Of a stretch of DNA of 64,000 nucleotides, positions 50,231-64,000 are shown piece after piece (within the stretch, counting starts at the first letter, position 1; each line of letters begins with the position of its first letter). Source of the DNA: Alphaproteobacteria bacterium (GTDB lineage: Bacteria > Pseudomonadota > Alphaproteobacteria > SMXQ01); contig DASYCO010000057.1 of NCBI GenBank assembly GCA_036500145.1, positions 23,212-87,211 of the forward strand. Direction: 5' to 3'. Position numbers and translations under genes: made by a program. Under the pieces are notes generated by a model, which saw nothing but the letters and a program-made list of their open reading frames with translations, was not told where the DNA came from and searched no databases.

Positions 50231-50632
50231 CTATGCGGACGCCGATCCAAACCGATTGTCGGCCGCGCTGCCCTTTTGGCAGAGCCAGAACAAGACGATG
50301 ATTGCAAAGAGAACCGTCGCCGCGAGGGCGGCGTAGGCCCATCCATCGGACTTCAGCGCAATCGCCAGGCCCCAGAGCGGCAGGCTGGCCAGAGGCAGGA
50401 GGCCCCACCAGCCTGAACGGCCAGCGTCATGGAGCCGGCGCCAGCCGACTGCCAAAGTCGGAATCAGGGTGGCAAGATTGAAGGCCGAAGCGAGCGGTGG
50501 CCAGATCACCTGCAGCACGATGGTGGCAACGGTGCAGAACAGAGCGAAGTACCAATATTCCGCTCGCGGAGCCCGCCCCCGGAAGGTCGCGTAGTTCTGG
50601 AAGCAAGCTTTGATCGCGTCGATGAAGGTCAT
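50231..50632 (-). CDS. DUF805-family inner-membrane protein
   Basis: FRGRAPRAEYWYFALF and RRLHDAGRSGWW signature. Confidence 0.6.
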   Translation of the reverse strand: MTFIDAIKACFQNYATFRGRAPRAEYWYFALFCTVATIVLQVIWPPLASAFNLATLIPTLAVGWRRLHDAGRSGWWGLLPLASLPLWGLAIALKSDGWAYAALAATVLFAIIVLFWLCQKGSAADNRFGSASA

Positions 50633-50681
50633 GGTCCCCCGGGATGCGCTGTGTCGTGCTGGGAAGCGTAAATCGCTAGTC

Positions 50682-51569
50682 TCAAATGCGTACTGAGAAG
50701 CGGTCATAAGCGGTGATTTCCGTCATGCGCAGGTCGACATCGCGCTGATAAATCTCGGTCCGCAAGAACCTCAATTCGTCCGGGACATCCGCAGCTGCGA
50801 CGTCCCTGTACCAAGCTTTTGGCTGAGCAGCGTTGTCGCCATTCCAGTGATAGCCACGGGCCTTGAGGATGTCCTTGAGGTCAAAGGGCGAACCTTCCGC
50901 CCAGATGCGTTGGGTGACCTTGCGCGCATTCTCCAGCAGGGCCGCCAAGGCGAGAACGCCGCTCTTGGGCAAGCGCTCAGCCAGAAGCGCAATGGCTGCC
51001 TGGCAATCAGCCGCGGCGCGATGGCCGTCAAAGAAGAAACCCATGTCGGAGGCGAGGTATCGCAGCTTGCCGCCTGAAAAGCCTTCTGCCGCCCACGGGA
51101 CCTGCGACATGGAACATGCCCAGGCCTTGGTCGTGAAGACATCGCTCAGCCTCTCGACAAAGCGCCGATCGAAGTTGGCGTTGTGCGCGATGACGAGAGA
51201 GGCCGGGGCGGCGAATGCCCGCACCTCCGCCAGATCGATGGTCTTGCCGGCAACCAGGGCGTCGTCGATGCCCGTGAGGGCGGTGATCTCAGCAGAGATC
51301 GGCTGGGCCGGCTGCTGCAGCTGCTCGAAAGCCCGCCCGACCTCGAAGATCCGCCCATCGGCGCTGTAGGTGAAGGGCACCATCGCCAGTTCGATGATTT
51401 CGTCGCGGGCGGGATCGAGGCCCGTCGTCTCGACATCGAGAAAGATGGCGCGCTTGGTGGGAGTGCCGTCTGCCGGCGTAATCACGCTGCGCGGGCGCAG
51501 GCGCCGCAGCACGCGGTAGTCGCCTGAGGCCTCGAGCGTGGCTGCCATGGCCTCGGTGCCGTCCGTCAC
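50682..51569 (-). CDS. DEDD-type 3'-5' exonuclease domain protein (DnaQ/epsilon-like)
   Basis: Exo I motif IFLDVETTGLD, later HNANFDRRFV and YH...D. Confidence 0.7.
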   Translation of the reverse strand: MTDGTEAMAATLEASGDYRVLRRLRPRSVITPADGTPTKRAIFLDVETTGLDPARDEIIELAMVPFTYSADGRIFEVGRAFEQLQQPAQPISAEITALTGIDDALVAGKTIDLAEVRAFAAPASLVIAHNANFDRRFVERLSDVFTTKAWACSMSQVPWAAEGFSGGKLRYLASDMGFFFDGHRAAADCQAAIALLAERLPKSGVLALAALLENARKVTQRIWAEGSPFDLKDILKARGYHWNGDNAAQPKAWYRDVAAADVPDELRFLRTEIYQRDVDLRMTEITAYDRFSVRI

Positions 51570-51691
51570 AGCTTGATCCTTGTGCGAAAAGGCTGGCGTC
51601 TGGTCGCCGGCCTGAATGGGGATATTGTCCTTATATGCGCAAGCATAGGCTAACGAAAATCACCGCATATCGTATTGACAGCCCAATTAAA

Positions 51692-51777
51692 GTAAGTAAT
51701 ACTTACATTATGAAGATTGAGGCTCTATAGGGGATTTTTACCATTGATGCTGCCAAATGGCAGTCTATATACTGCCA
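51692..51777. promoter_or_regulatory. Candidate operator palindromes upstream of the ParS/RES operon
   Basis: GTAAGTAaTACTTAC (51692-51706) and TGCCAaaTGGCAgtctatatacTGCCA (51751-51777), three TGGCA/TGCCA half-sites. Confidence 0.4.
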
Positions 51778-51781
51778 TAAG

Positions 51782-52234
51782 GTGGTATCAATGGTCTTAC
51801 ATCCCTCATCTTCTGTCGGCAATGGCAGCGATTTGACCTTGCCGGCCAACTTGGCCGATGCGGCGACACGCCGACGTCTGACACCAGCTGCGATAGAGGG
51901 GTTTGTCCGCTTGAGCGAACTGTGGCGCCTGACGAACAGCGAGGCCTGCGCGCTGCTGGGAGACATGTCGGAGCGAACTTGGTTTCGCATGAAGGCATCG
52001 ACTTGGAGCGGCGAGCTCACGCAGGACAGCCTGACGCGCATCAGTGCCACCATCGGCATCTTCAAGGGCCTACGCTTGCTGTTTTCGCTGCCGCTGGCAG
52101 ATGAATGGGTCAAGCTGGCCAATGCAGGGCCGGTGTTCGGTGGCCGTGCGCCCTACGATGTCATGCGAGATGGCGGTATTCCGGCCATGCTGCAAGTCCG
52201 CCGGCATGTGGATGCGTTGCGCGGCGGGCTCTAA
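51782..52234 (+). CDS. Antitoxin, Xre/MbcA/ParS family (DUF2384 toxin-binding domain)
   Basis: 150 aa; stop 3 bp before RES toxin start; C-terminal DUF2384-like region. Confidence 0.6.
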   Translation: MVSMVLHPSSSVGNGSDLTLPANLADAATRRRLTPAAIEGFVRLSELWRLTNSEACALLGDMSERTWFRMKASTWSGELTQDSLTRISATIGIFKGLRLLFSLPLADEWVKLANAGPVFGGRAPYDVMRDGGIPAMLQVRRHVDALRGGL

Positions 52235-52236
52235 TG

Positions 52237-52947
52237 CCAATTGCCGTGACCAGCCTCAAGCCCCGTCGAACCGTGCGCTTGATTCCAACGGGGCGCCTTA
52301 AGGATCCCGTCCTGCAGCCATTGGCCTCCAGCGCACAGGGACTGGAGGCTTTGGCGCAATTGGAAGGGGTCACCAATGAACGTCTCACCGCCCAGCACAC
52401 GGGGCTGCCAGATCTGCATCCACGTGAGCTGGTGTTTGGTCGCGCGGGACATACGCTGATCAATGCTGCCTTCACGCACGTGCGGCCAGGTGGCAGTCGC
52501 TTCAATGATGAGAACCGCGGCGCTTGGTACTCAGCCTTCGAGACGCGCACGGCTATCGCGGAAGTCGCCTACCATCTCACGCGCGAATTGCAGGCCATCG
52601 GCCGCTTCGAGAACGTCACCGACTATACCGAGCTCTTTGCCGATTTTAGCGGCCCGTTCCATGATTTGCGGGGCGGGCAGCACACCGGCATGCGCTATCT
52701 CGCCGCAGATATTTCGGTGGGCTATCCCGCCGGTCAGGCGCTCGCCAGGGAGCTGCAGACGAAAGAAGTCAGCAACGGCGTGATTTACCCCTCCGTGCGC
52801 CGGCAAAATGGCGTCTGCCTTGCGGTCTTTCGCCCAGGGTTGGTGCAGAACGTGCAGCAGGGGGGGATCTGGCGTCTGGAATGGCACGGCCATCCCAAGC
52901 CGCGGGTGACGCGGATCGACATGGCAAGCGACGCAGCGCAAGCCTGA
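52237..52947 (+). CDS. RES-domain toxin (MbcT/ParT-like NAD+ phosphorylase/ADP-ribosyltransferase family)
   Basis: 236 aa from ATG 52237; conserved R...E...S context (GVIYPSVRRQNGVCLAVF). Confidence 0.7.
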   Translation, partial: PIAVTSLKPRRTVRLIPTGRLKDPVLQPLASSAQGLEALAQLEGVTNERLTAQHTGLPDLHPRELVFGRAGHTLINAAFTHVRPGGSRFNDENRGAWYSAFETRTAIAEVAYHLTRELQAIGRFENVTDYTELFADFSGPFHDLRGGQHTGMRYLAADISVGYPAGQALARELQTKEVSNGVIYPSVRRQNGVCLAVFRPGLVQNVQQGGIWRLEWHGHPKPRVTRIDMASDAAQA

Positions 52948-53154
52948 ATGAGCATTTCCGATCTCGACATCTATCGCACGGCGAATGAGCTCATACGGCA
53001 TCACGCGGCCGACGCACGGCTGCAAGCCGCACAGTTTGCTGACCTCTGCGCAACGCGTCACGACCGGGCGGGATTTAATGTCTGGGTTAGGGTCATTGCA
53101 GCTATCCAGCAGCTGCAGGAGGTAAACGTTCCGAATGGCACGGTTCAGCACTAG
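52948..53154 (+). CDS. Small hypothetical protein (68 aa), start overlaps RES toxin stop (TGAATG)
   Basis: ORF only; position in operon. Confidence 0.3.
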   Translation: MSISDLDIYRTANELIRHHAADARLQAAQFADLCATRHDRAGFNVWVRVIAAIQQLQEVNVPNGTVQH

Positions 53155-53671
53155 GCTCCCAACGCGCCGCAAGCTCATCAGCATAGCTGTGGCGCTCATC
53201 GTTGCGGCAGGCAGCGCGCTTTACTCACAATTGACGGCGCAACCGGCGGACGCTGGCCTTACAGGCATTGCGTCGGTGATCGACGGAGACACCATCGATA
53301 TCCATGGTCAGCGGATTCGCTTCCATGGCATCGATGCCCCGGAGAGCCGGCAAACTTGTGAGCGGAATGGAAAGCCCTGGCGCTGTGGCCAGCAGGCCGC
53401 CTTGGCTCTGTCCGACTATCTCGGGCAGAAATCGGTGCGTTGCGAGAAAAAGGACGTTGATCGCTACAAGCGCATCGTCGCGATTTGCTACGTAGGCACG
53501 ACGGACGTAAATGCCTGGCTGGTGCGCGAGGGATGGGCTTTGGCTTACCGGCAATATTCGAAGGATTACGTTGCCATCGAAGAAGCCGCCCGCCGGCAGA
53601 AGGTGGGGATTTGGCAGGGCGAGGTTCAAGCCCCCTGGGAATGGCGCCGTAAGCCCAAGAAGCAAAGCTGA
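53135..53671 (+). CDS. Thermonuclease (SNase-like) with N-terminal membrane anchor/signal
   Basis: SNase motifs GDTIDIHGQRIRFHGIDAPE and later R...E...R...Y...W pattern. Confidence 0.7.
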   Translation: MARFSTRLPTRRKLISIAVALIVAAGSALYSQLTAQPADAGLTGIASVIDGDTIDIHGQRIRFHGIDAPESRQTCERNGKPWRCGQQAALALSDYLGQKSVRCEKKDVDRYKRIVAICYVGTTDVNAWLVREGWALAYRQYSKDYVAIEEAARRQKVGIWQGEVQAPWEWRRKPKKQS

Positions 53672-53771
53672 TCCTGCTTGCCATGGCGGCCGTAGCGCCG
53701 GAGAATGGCAGCATGTCAGTTGCCCTCCGCCAGAAGCATTTCGAGCGATTACCTGCCGTCAGGTAAAGCGC

Positions 53772-53857
53772 GCCCCCTTGGCGGAATTGGTAGACGCATG
53801 GGACTTAAAATCCCTGACTCGCAAGGGTGTTCCGGTTCGAGTCCGGAAGGGGGCACC
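53772..53857 (+). tRNA. tRNA-Leu (anticodon UAA)
   Basis: GCCCCCTTGGCGGAATTGGTAGACGCATGGGACTTAAAATCCCTGACTCGCAAGGGTGTTCCGGTTCGAGTCCGGAAGGGGGCACCA with long variable arm. Confidence 0.85.
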
Positions 53858-54097
53858 AGAATTCTTCACGCAGGACTTCGCTTGGACTATGCCGGCAACG
53901 CCCGTGTGCTGGCGTGAATGTCTCGATCTACCGCCGCCACGAATTTAGCTGCGCATAGGCAATCGGCTTTACAGGTCCATGACCTCTTTGGGCATTTCAC
54001 CCACAGCCCCCTAGATGCGTACTTCTAATGACCGGGACGCGGTCGCCGGGGCACCCTTCTATTCTTCGCCTCAAAGTCTCTTGGCGAAGGAGTTGCT

Positions 54098-55213
54098 ATG
54101 GCCAGTTCGCTGCCGCGCGGCATCACGCGGGTAAATGGCTATTACGCCATTCATGTTTCCTACAGGCGCCACCACGCGACAGCGTGCGAAGCGACCTTGT
54201 TTGCCGCAGAAATTCGCAAAGGCCGGTTGCTTGATGATTTAATTTCTGAGCGCCCTACGGGCGTGCCCGCTCCTGATATTGAGTTCAGGCCTTGGACGCT
54301 TGAGCATGCCTTTGATCGAACCGCCGCCATGGTATGGAGTCATGGGCGCGATGCGGGTCACAGTCTAGGTTATGGGCGTGCCGCACTAAATTATTTTGGG
54401 CGTCATACCCTCGTAAAATTCGTAACGTTGCATGCAATTGATCATTGGACTGAGCACTTGCGGGCGCGCGGCCTGGCAAATTCTACGATTAATCATCACT
54501 TGTCCGCTCTCTCCCGCATGATCAGGTTTACGTATCATCGGCGAGGTACAGATCATTTGCCTATGATCACTCGCTTGCTTGAGCCAGCTGGACGTACCCG
54601 CTATCTGACGCTGGCCGAAGAACAGGAGATGTTTAGGGTCTTGGAAGACTGCAGGCATCCCGACGACCCTGCCTTTATTCGCGTCCTATTGGATACGGGC
54701 ATGCGTGTCGGCGAAGTCATGAAGCTCACGGATGGAGATGTCGACCTTGACCAAGGGCTCATCCACATCTGGTTCAATAAAGTTGATACGCCACGTTCTA
54801 TCCCGATGACCGATAGCGTTCGCCAGATCATGCAAGATCGGGTTAAGGGGGGCCGAAGAACGCGGAAACTCTTTCCGCGCAGCTACCACTATTATCACCG
54901 CGTATGGCAGCGCATTCGCTGCGCCATGGACTTACAGCAGGATGCGGAATTCGTTATCCATTGTCTTCGCCATACGTGTGCAACCCGCATGATCTACAGC
55001 GGCGTGCATCTTTTGACGGTCAAAGAATGGTTAGGCCATAAGACGTTGCTCTCAACCATGCGCTACTTGCACATGGCGCCCCATAACCTGATGGAAGGGG
55101 TTACAGCCCTTGAGAACATTGGGGTAACAGGTTGCCGTCCGAACTGGACGCCACCACAAAACCCACGGCCGAAGCAGCTGGCTAGGCGGATATTTAAGCC
55201 ACCTAATTTTTGA
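54098..55213 (+). mobile_element. int: Tyrosine-type site-specific integrase adjacent to tRNA-Leu
   Basis: 371 aa; catalytic box HCLRHTCATRMIYSGVHLLTVKEWLGHKTLLSTMRYLH; 240 bp downstream of tRNA. Confidence 0.85.
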
Positions 55214-55932
55214 GAGGCCTGCTGCACTCTATGCAAAGACGGATAACGGCCTTTTGATAAATAGTCGATGAAGACGCGCATACGCAGCGGGAGGCGGCGG
55301 TCTTTCTGATAAATCATATGTAGTGTTCGTTCATCAATTACGTGGTCGGTCAGCACAGGCACGAGCCTGCCTGCGGCAATGTCATCGTGAATCAAATATT
55401 CGCGCAGGATGGCAACGCCGAGATCGGCCAATGCCGCATCGCGAATAACAAAGCTATTGTTCGCCCGCGGCGTCCCAGACACGCGCATGGTTTGGATTCG
55501 CGTGCCGCCTTTGCTGCGAAAGTCCCAGCGATATTGGGCCATGCCACTCGGATCAAGGCAGTTATGGCTGGCAAGATCTTCTGGCCTGCCTGGGATGCCG
55601 TGAGCATCAAGGTAGGCTGGCGTGGCCACGAGCACACGCGGCAACCCAGTGATCGGGCGAGCGATCAAGGAGGAGTCGCGCACGGGCAGGGTGCGCACAG
55701 CGATGTCGAAGCCGCCTTCGATCAGGTTTAGGCCACGCCATTCGTTATGCGGGATACGTCGATCCAGGCCCGCTACGTCTGCCCTTTTTGGAAATTCCGC
55801 CAGAAGTGGATGCTGCGCAGAAACGAAAGGCAGAGCGTTGGCAGACTCTTTGCGAAAAATATCGAGGAGCAGTGTTAGCCAAAACCCAATAAATTTTGAT
55901 TGGCGAACGTCGATGTTGAAGTTTGATATGTA
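55063..55932 (-). pseudogene. Truncated LysR-family regulator (substrate-binding domain only, HTH missing)
   Basis: Reverse-strand frame reads ...LLLDIFRKESANALPFVSAQHPLLAEFPKRADVAGLDRRIPHNEWRGLNLIEGGFDIAVRTLPVRDSS... (LysR effector domain) with no upstream HTH before a stop at ~55933; abuts autotransporter copy 2. Confidence 0.5.
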
Positions 55933-56147
55933 TTATTGACGTCGGTGCGCTGTGCCGCGGCGCGCGGGCATGCTCTTAAAGAAAGTTACTTGGGTGGATC
56001 CCATGAGCTTAGAGCTGGGTTCGCACGATATCGTGCTGCTCGAATACTGTGGATGCGTGGATGTTGGAGTAAGCCTATCGCATAGAACGGGTGTCGCCGG
56101 GGACCCCCGCCTCTTAAGCGATCGCAGAACTGACGTTACGAAAAATT

Positions 56148-60329
<4,182 letters not shown>

Positions 60330-60330
<1 letters not shown>

Positions 60331-60712
60331 CTTTATTCAAGAGAGGGCGGCCAAGCCACGGCGCCATCAAGGCGTTACGGCTGCTGACGCCGTATTTTCG
60401 GAAGATGCGCTTCACATGGCCATGGTGTGGGGACTCTGCCCCACGGCGGCGGCGATCTGCCTTTCCGTCAACCCCCTGCAGCAGGCCCTGCAGGATGCGC
60501 CGTTCGGTCGGCGTGAGCGGCGCGGAGGCGACGCCCAGCCCTTCCCCAGCATCTGCAGGCGGTGAAACCAGCGCAGGCTGCGCAGCGTGTGTTTTCATAA
60601 GCGGTGGGCTAGCCGGCACGGCCAGAGTGATTCTGATGCCGCTCATGTTGATAGATATCTTTCCTACCCGGTCCCTTCGTTCTCCCCTAATACCCCCTTT
60701 GAATTTCATCAA
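60330..60712 (-). pseudogene. Decayed LuxR-family regulator remnant (HTH region retained, frameshifted)
   Basis: 60360-60580 aligns to 49240-49440 with small indels (e.g. catggccatggtgtgggg vs catggccatgcgccgtgtgggg); ORF 60197..60712 reads ...LTPTERRILQGLLQGVDGKADRRRRGAESPHHGHVKRIFRKYGVSSRNALMAPWLG. Confidence 0.55.
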
Positions 60713-60729
60713 GAGTACGGGCGGGGAAC

Positions 60730-62406
60730 ATGGGCGCTTTTCGAAATTTGACGCAGCGCCGCTTCATCGCGGCGCTTCTGGCCAGCGCGGCCCTGATCGC
60801 CCTGCCCGTCGCTGCTGCCAAAGCCCAGAGCGCCGACAAGTGGGGCGCGCACCTCGACCTCGAAGGCAAGGCCGGCACCGACCGCAACCTCGGCGAGGGC
60901 GACCTCTTCCTGCCGCTGGCGCAGACCGACACGACGCTGGTCTTCGGCGACATGCGGATGCGCTTCGACGATCAGGAGAGCAGCGAAGGCAACATCGGCC
61001 TCGGCGTCCGCCACATGCTCTCCTCGGGCTGGAACCTCGGCGCCTACGGCTACTTCGACCGGCGCGGCACCGAGAACGATACAAAGTTCAGCCAGGCGAC
61101 CCTCGGCCTCGAAGCCCTCTCGACCGACTGGGACGTCCGCGTCAACGGCTACATCCCGCTCGGCGCCGACACGCGCAAGATCGGCACGGGTGCGTCAAGC
61201 TCGACGGCGGAACTGTCGGGTGCCAGCGTCGCGATCATCACCACGCCGGGAAACATGCTGGAAGAGCGTTCGCTTGGCGGCTTCGACGCCGAGGTGGGCT
61301 GGCGCCTGCCAGTCTTCGACGCCAACAACGACGAGCAGCTGCGCTTCTACGTCGGCGGCTACCGCTTCGCGGCCGACGGCGTCGAGGACGTGGCGGGTCC
61401 GCGCGCCCGGCTCGACTTCACCATGGCCAAGGTGCCGTTCCTGTGGGAGGGCTCGCGCCTCACCCTCGGCGCCGAGATCCAGCACGACGACCCGCGCGGC
61501 ACCCAGGCGTTCGCCAGCATCCGCCTGCGCATCCCGCTCTACGGCGGCGAGAGTTCAAGCCGCCTGACGCCGCAGGAACAGCGCATGACGGATACCATCG
61601 TGCGCGACATCGACATCGTGAGCCAGACCCGCAGCATCAGCGGCGGCGCGCCGACCGTCGAGACGGCAACCGCGACCGCCGACGGCAGCGCCCTCACCGT
61701 GATCGACAGCGCCTCGACCACCGGCGCCCAGATGATCAGCGCCGTCGCCGCCGCCGGCGTCAACAGCACGGTCATCCTGTCCGGCAGCTTCACCACCACG
61801 GCCAGCACGCAACTTCAGACCGGGCAGACCCTGATGGGGGCCGGCAGCCTGACCGTGCGCAGCGCCTCGGGCAAGACCGCCACGCTCAACACCCCAACGG
61901 CGACGATCAACAGCACGATCCCCGGAGGAGTTAGCGGGACCGTCAATATGGCCAAGGACAGCACGCTGACCGGCATGACGCTCCACGACACGGATTCGAC
62001 AAACGCGTTCGGTGTGGCAGCTGGCGGATCTACCCTCACCGGCGCGCGCATCCTCAACAACACGATCACCGCCACTGCCACCGATCCCGGCGGTTCTGCT
62101 CGAGGCGTCATCATCAGCACTTCCGCCAATGTGCTGATCAGCGGCAATACGATTAGCACTCAGGTGGTAAGCGGCCCCGCGACCGGCATCACTGTGAGCG
62201 GTTCGACCGCGACCGTGTCCAACAACAGCATAGAGGTGCAAGGCGTTCTGAGCGGCCTGTCTGGCGCTGTCGTTTTGCAGGTCGGGACGATTTCCGCCGG
62301 ATCGACCGGCAACACGGTGGTCGCCGGGCAGCCATGCGGCACGACGGGTGGCGGCAGCGGCTCGGTCGGCTTCACCAATGCCGCGGCATGCGACGGCGGG
62401 CCGTGA
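60730..62406 (+). CDS. Secreted outer-membrane beta-barrel protein with C-terminal Thr/Ser/Gly-rich repeat region (possible inverse-autotransporter/adhesin-like)
   Basis: Signal peptide; N-terminal half with alternating amphipathic beta-strand pattern; C-terminal TxTxxxS-type repeats. Confidence 0.4.
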   Translation: MGAFRNLTQRRFIAALLASAALIALPVAAAKAQSADKWGAHLDLEGKAGTDRNLGEGDLFLPLAQTDTTLVFGDMRMRFDDQESSEGNIGLGVRHMLSSGWNLGAYGYFDRRGTENDTKFSQATLGLEALSTDWDVRVNGYIPLGADTRKIGTGASSSTAELSGASVAIITTPGNMLEERSLGGFDAEVGWRLPVFDANNDEQLRFYVGGYRFAADGVEDVAGPRARLDFTMAKVPFLWEGSRLTLGAEIQHDDPRGTQAFASIRLRIPLYGGESSSRLTPQEQRMTDTIVRDIDIVSQTRSISGGAPTVETATATADGSALTVIDSASTTGAQMISAVAAAGVNSTVILSGSFTTTASTQLQTGQTLMGAGSLTVRSASGKTATLNTPTATINSTIPGGVSGTVNMAKDSTLTGMTLHDTDSTNAFGVAAGGSTLTGARILNNTITATATDPGGSARGVIISTSANVLISGNTISTQVVSGPATGITVSGSTATVSNNSIEVQGVLSGLSGAVVLQVGTISAGSTGNTVVAGQPCGTTGGGSGSVGFTNAAACDGGP

Positions 62407-62448
62407 CCGTGTTGCGACTTGGCGCTGATGCTGCGCCCGGTCGGCTTA

Positions 62449-62490
62449 GTATCAGCACAAGACAGATTGGTATCAGCACAAGACAGATTG
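62449..62490. repeat. Perfect 21-bp tandem duplication GTATCAGCACAAGACAGATTG x2
   Basis: Read directly at 62449-62469 and 62470-62490. Confidence 0.75.
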
Positions 62491-62794
62491 TCTGCCTGAA
62501 TATTGGCGGACCAAAGCGTTGAATGATGACATGCGCGAGAGCGACATCGATGCTCTTCGTATGTCCATTCAAGCCTCTCGAAGCGATTTTTGAACACCTG
62601 AAATCAGTCGTCGACGCCGAGCCCGGCAAAGTGGTGCTATTTCGATATCTACCAGTCTTGCAATTGCAGAAAGGAATGTTGTCCGTACAATATCGAACAT
62701 AAATCCTTGATTTGTCACAGAATTAGGCGACGGGACACACCCCAAGGGGATGCGCGGAGGTCCAACCTGCGAAGGTACAGCAGGGAGAACAAAT

Positions 62795-63271
62795 ATGACC
62801 AACGACATGCCCACGACGGACATCAACCTTCTCGTCGCTGAAATCCCCTATCTACGCCGGTACGCCCGCGCCCTGACGCGCAATGTCTCATCCGCCGACG
62901 ATCTCGTGCAGGACGGCTTGGTGCGCGCCATTGCCAGTATTCATCACTTCGAGGCGGGCACCAATCTGCGCGCCTGGATGCTGACCATCATGCACAACGT
63001 CTTCATGGACGACACGCGCAAGGCCAAGCGTTCGCGCGACGGCAACCATGAAGCGGAAGAGCGTTTGAGCGGCCTCTACACACGCCCCAGTCAACTTGCC
63101 AACCTGGAGTTGAACGATCTGCAGGCCGCGCTCAGCGGCCTGCCTGAAGAGCAGCGTCACACCCTGATCCTAGTCGCCCTGGAAGACATGAGCTATGAGG
63201 AAGCGGCACGCGTAACCGGTGTGCCTATCGGCACGATCCGCTCGCGCCTGCCGCGTGCGCGCACGCGCTAA
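62795..63271 (+). CDS. ECF (sigma-70 family group IV) RNA polymerase sigma factor
   Basis: Region 2 (LVQDGLVRAIASIHHFEAGTNLRAWMLTIMHNVFMD) and region 4 (LSYEEAARVTGVPIGTIRSRL). Confidence 0.8.
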   Translation: MTNDMPTTDINLLVAEIPYLRRYARALTRNVSSADDLVQDGLVRAIASIHHFEAGTNLRAWMLTIMHNVFMDDTRKAKRSRDGNHEAEERLSGLYTRPSQLANLELNDLQAALSGLPEEQRHTLILVALEDMSYEEAARVTGVPIGTIRSRLPRARTR

Positions 63272-64000
63272 TGGAAATGGTGAACGGCTTGGCGATCAGC
63301 GACATTTCGCCGGAAGTCGGGATCACACGCCGTCGGAAAAGGCACCCGCTTGCAGTGCCATTGCCCTCCACACAGCGCCCAGACATCATAAGGTAGGCTT
63401 TCAGGCGTGCTTCCTGAGCGTCGATGCCATGTTCCAAATTCGTATTAACGCAACTCTAGTAATCATGGATTTGCTATTGAATTTCTGCCCTTACGGACGA
63501 TGGAAGTCGTCAGGCGGGAAAAGCTGGGACGTAGAGTTCGACGATGAGGTCACCGCCAAAACCTTTTGGCGACATGCCAACCATCTCGACTGCCAACTTG
63601 GCCCGATAAAAAGTTCTGATGAGCTAAGCTCTAATAGCCTTAGTCGCACGTCGCAAAAGTAGCGGCACGCAGAATGCCGTCAGCAAGCCCCCGGATTGCT
63701 GATGGCATTTGTGTTCGCGAGGATCCCGTTAGGACTCCCGTACGGCCTGCACGCCAATCCTCACGCAGGCTTTAAGCCCGCGATCCGCGTCAATATCCGT
63801 CAAGAAGCAAAAAACGATGCCGCCCAATCGACTGCTGCAGAGGAAGACAATGTCTTCGGCCGCAAGCTCTCTCTCGACCCTGCTCTGGTTCGCGATGTCG
63901 CAGATTACTCGGAAGGCCATGGCAGTCACGATCTGTACGTCAACGTACATCTGGAAAAGGGTGCATTGACCTCGTCGGTATGCGCTAAATGGCTGCGGCG

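Noticed and set aside
63272-63397. 41-aa ORF immediately after the ECF sigma gene as an anti-sigma factor
   Set aside because: Too short and without the characteristic anti-sigma N-terminal helix or zinc motif; the flanking region is low-GC and may be non-coding.

Overview
This is a high-GC (about 65-70% by eye) alphaproteobacterial chromosomal window.

The left ~39 kb is a housekeeping backbone: smc (partial), a dsbA-like gene, the divergent DUF721-mutY pair, selO, the cell-cycle adenine methylase ccrM (with a dense GANTC cluster upstream) next to rnhB, a CPA2 antiporter, a radical-SAM protein, a BacNav-type voltage-gated channel, a DUF853/HerA-like ATPase, moaB, an SLT transglycosylase, a family-4 UDG, ETF-QO, a paired solute-binding-protein/VOC/ThDP-enzyme cluster with duplicated promoter modules, a TPR lipoprotein with ispE, and a PodJ-like polar factor.

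A family of palindromic REP-like hairpins (GTCACCCTCGGGCTTGACCCGAGGGT) is scattered through this part, and a pair of them flanks a GIY-YIG gene.

From tRNA-Gln(UUG) at 39314 onward the window is an accessory mosaic with visibly lower GC:
- a 2.4-kb insert flanked by ~190-bp direct repeats that include the tRNA 3' end;
- a small low-GC island encoding a fused (N-domain)-E1(ThiF)-JAB/MPN protein, a 4-TM membrane protein and an MBL-fold hydrolase (a ubiquitin-like-conjugation / defence-type module with no evident Ubl);
- two paralogous ~3.5-kb Gly-rich autotransporter genes, each followed by a LuxR-type regulator (the second is a decayed remnant);
- a ParS/MbcA-RES toxin-antitoxin operon co-transcribed with a small ORF and a thermonuclease;
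- tRNA-Leu(UAA) with an adjacent tyrosine integrase, a truncated LysR gene, an outer-membrane barrel/adhesin-like gene and an ECF sigma factor.

All calls are from reading the sequence and the ORF track by eye; no database searches were run.
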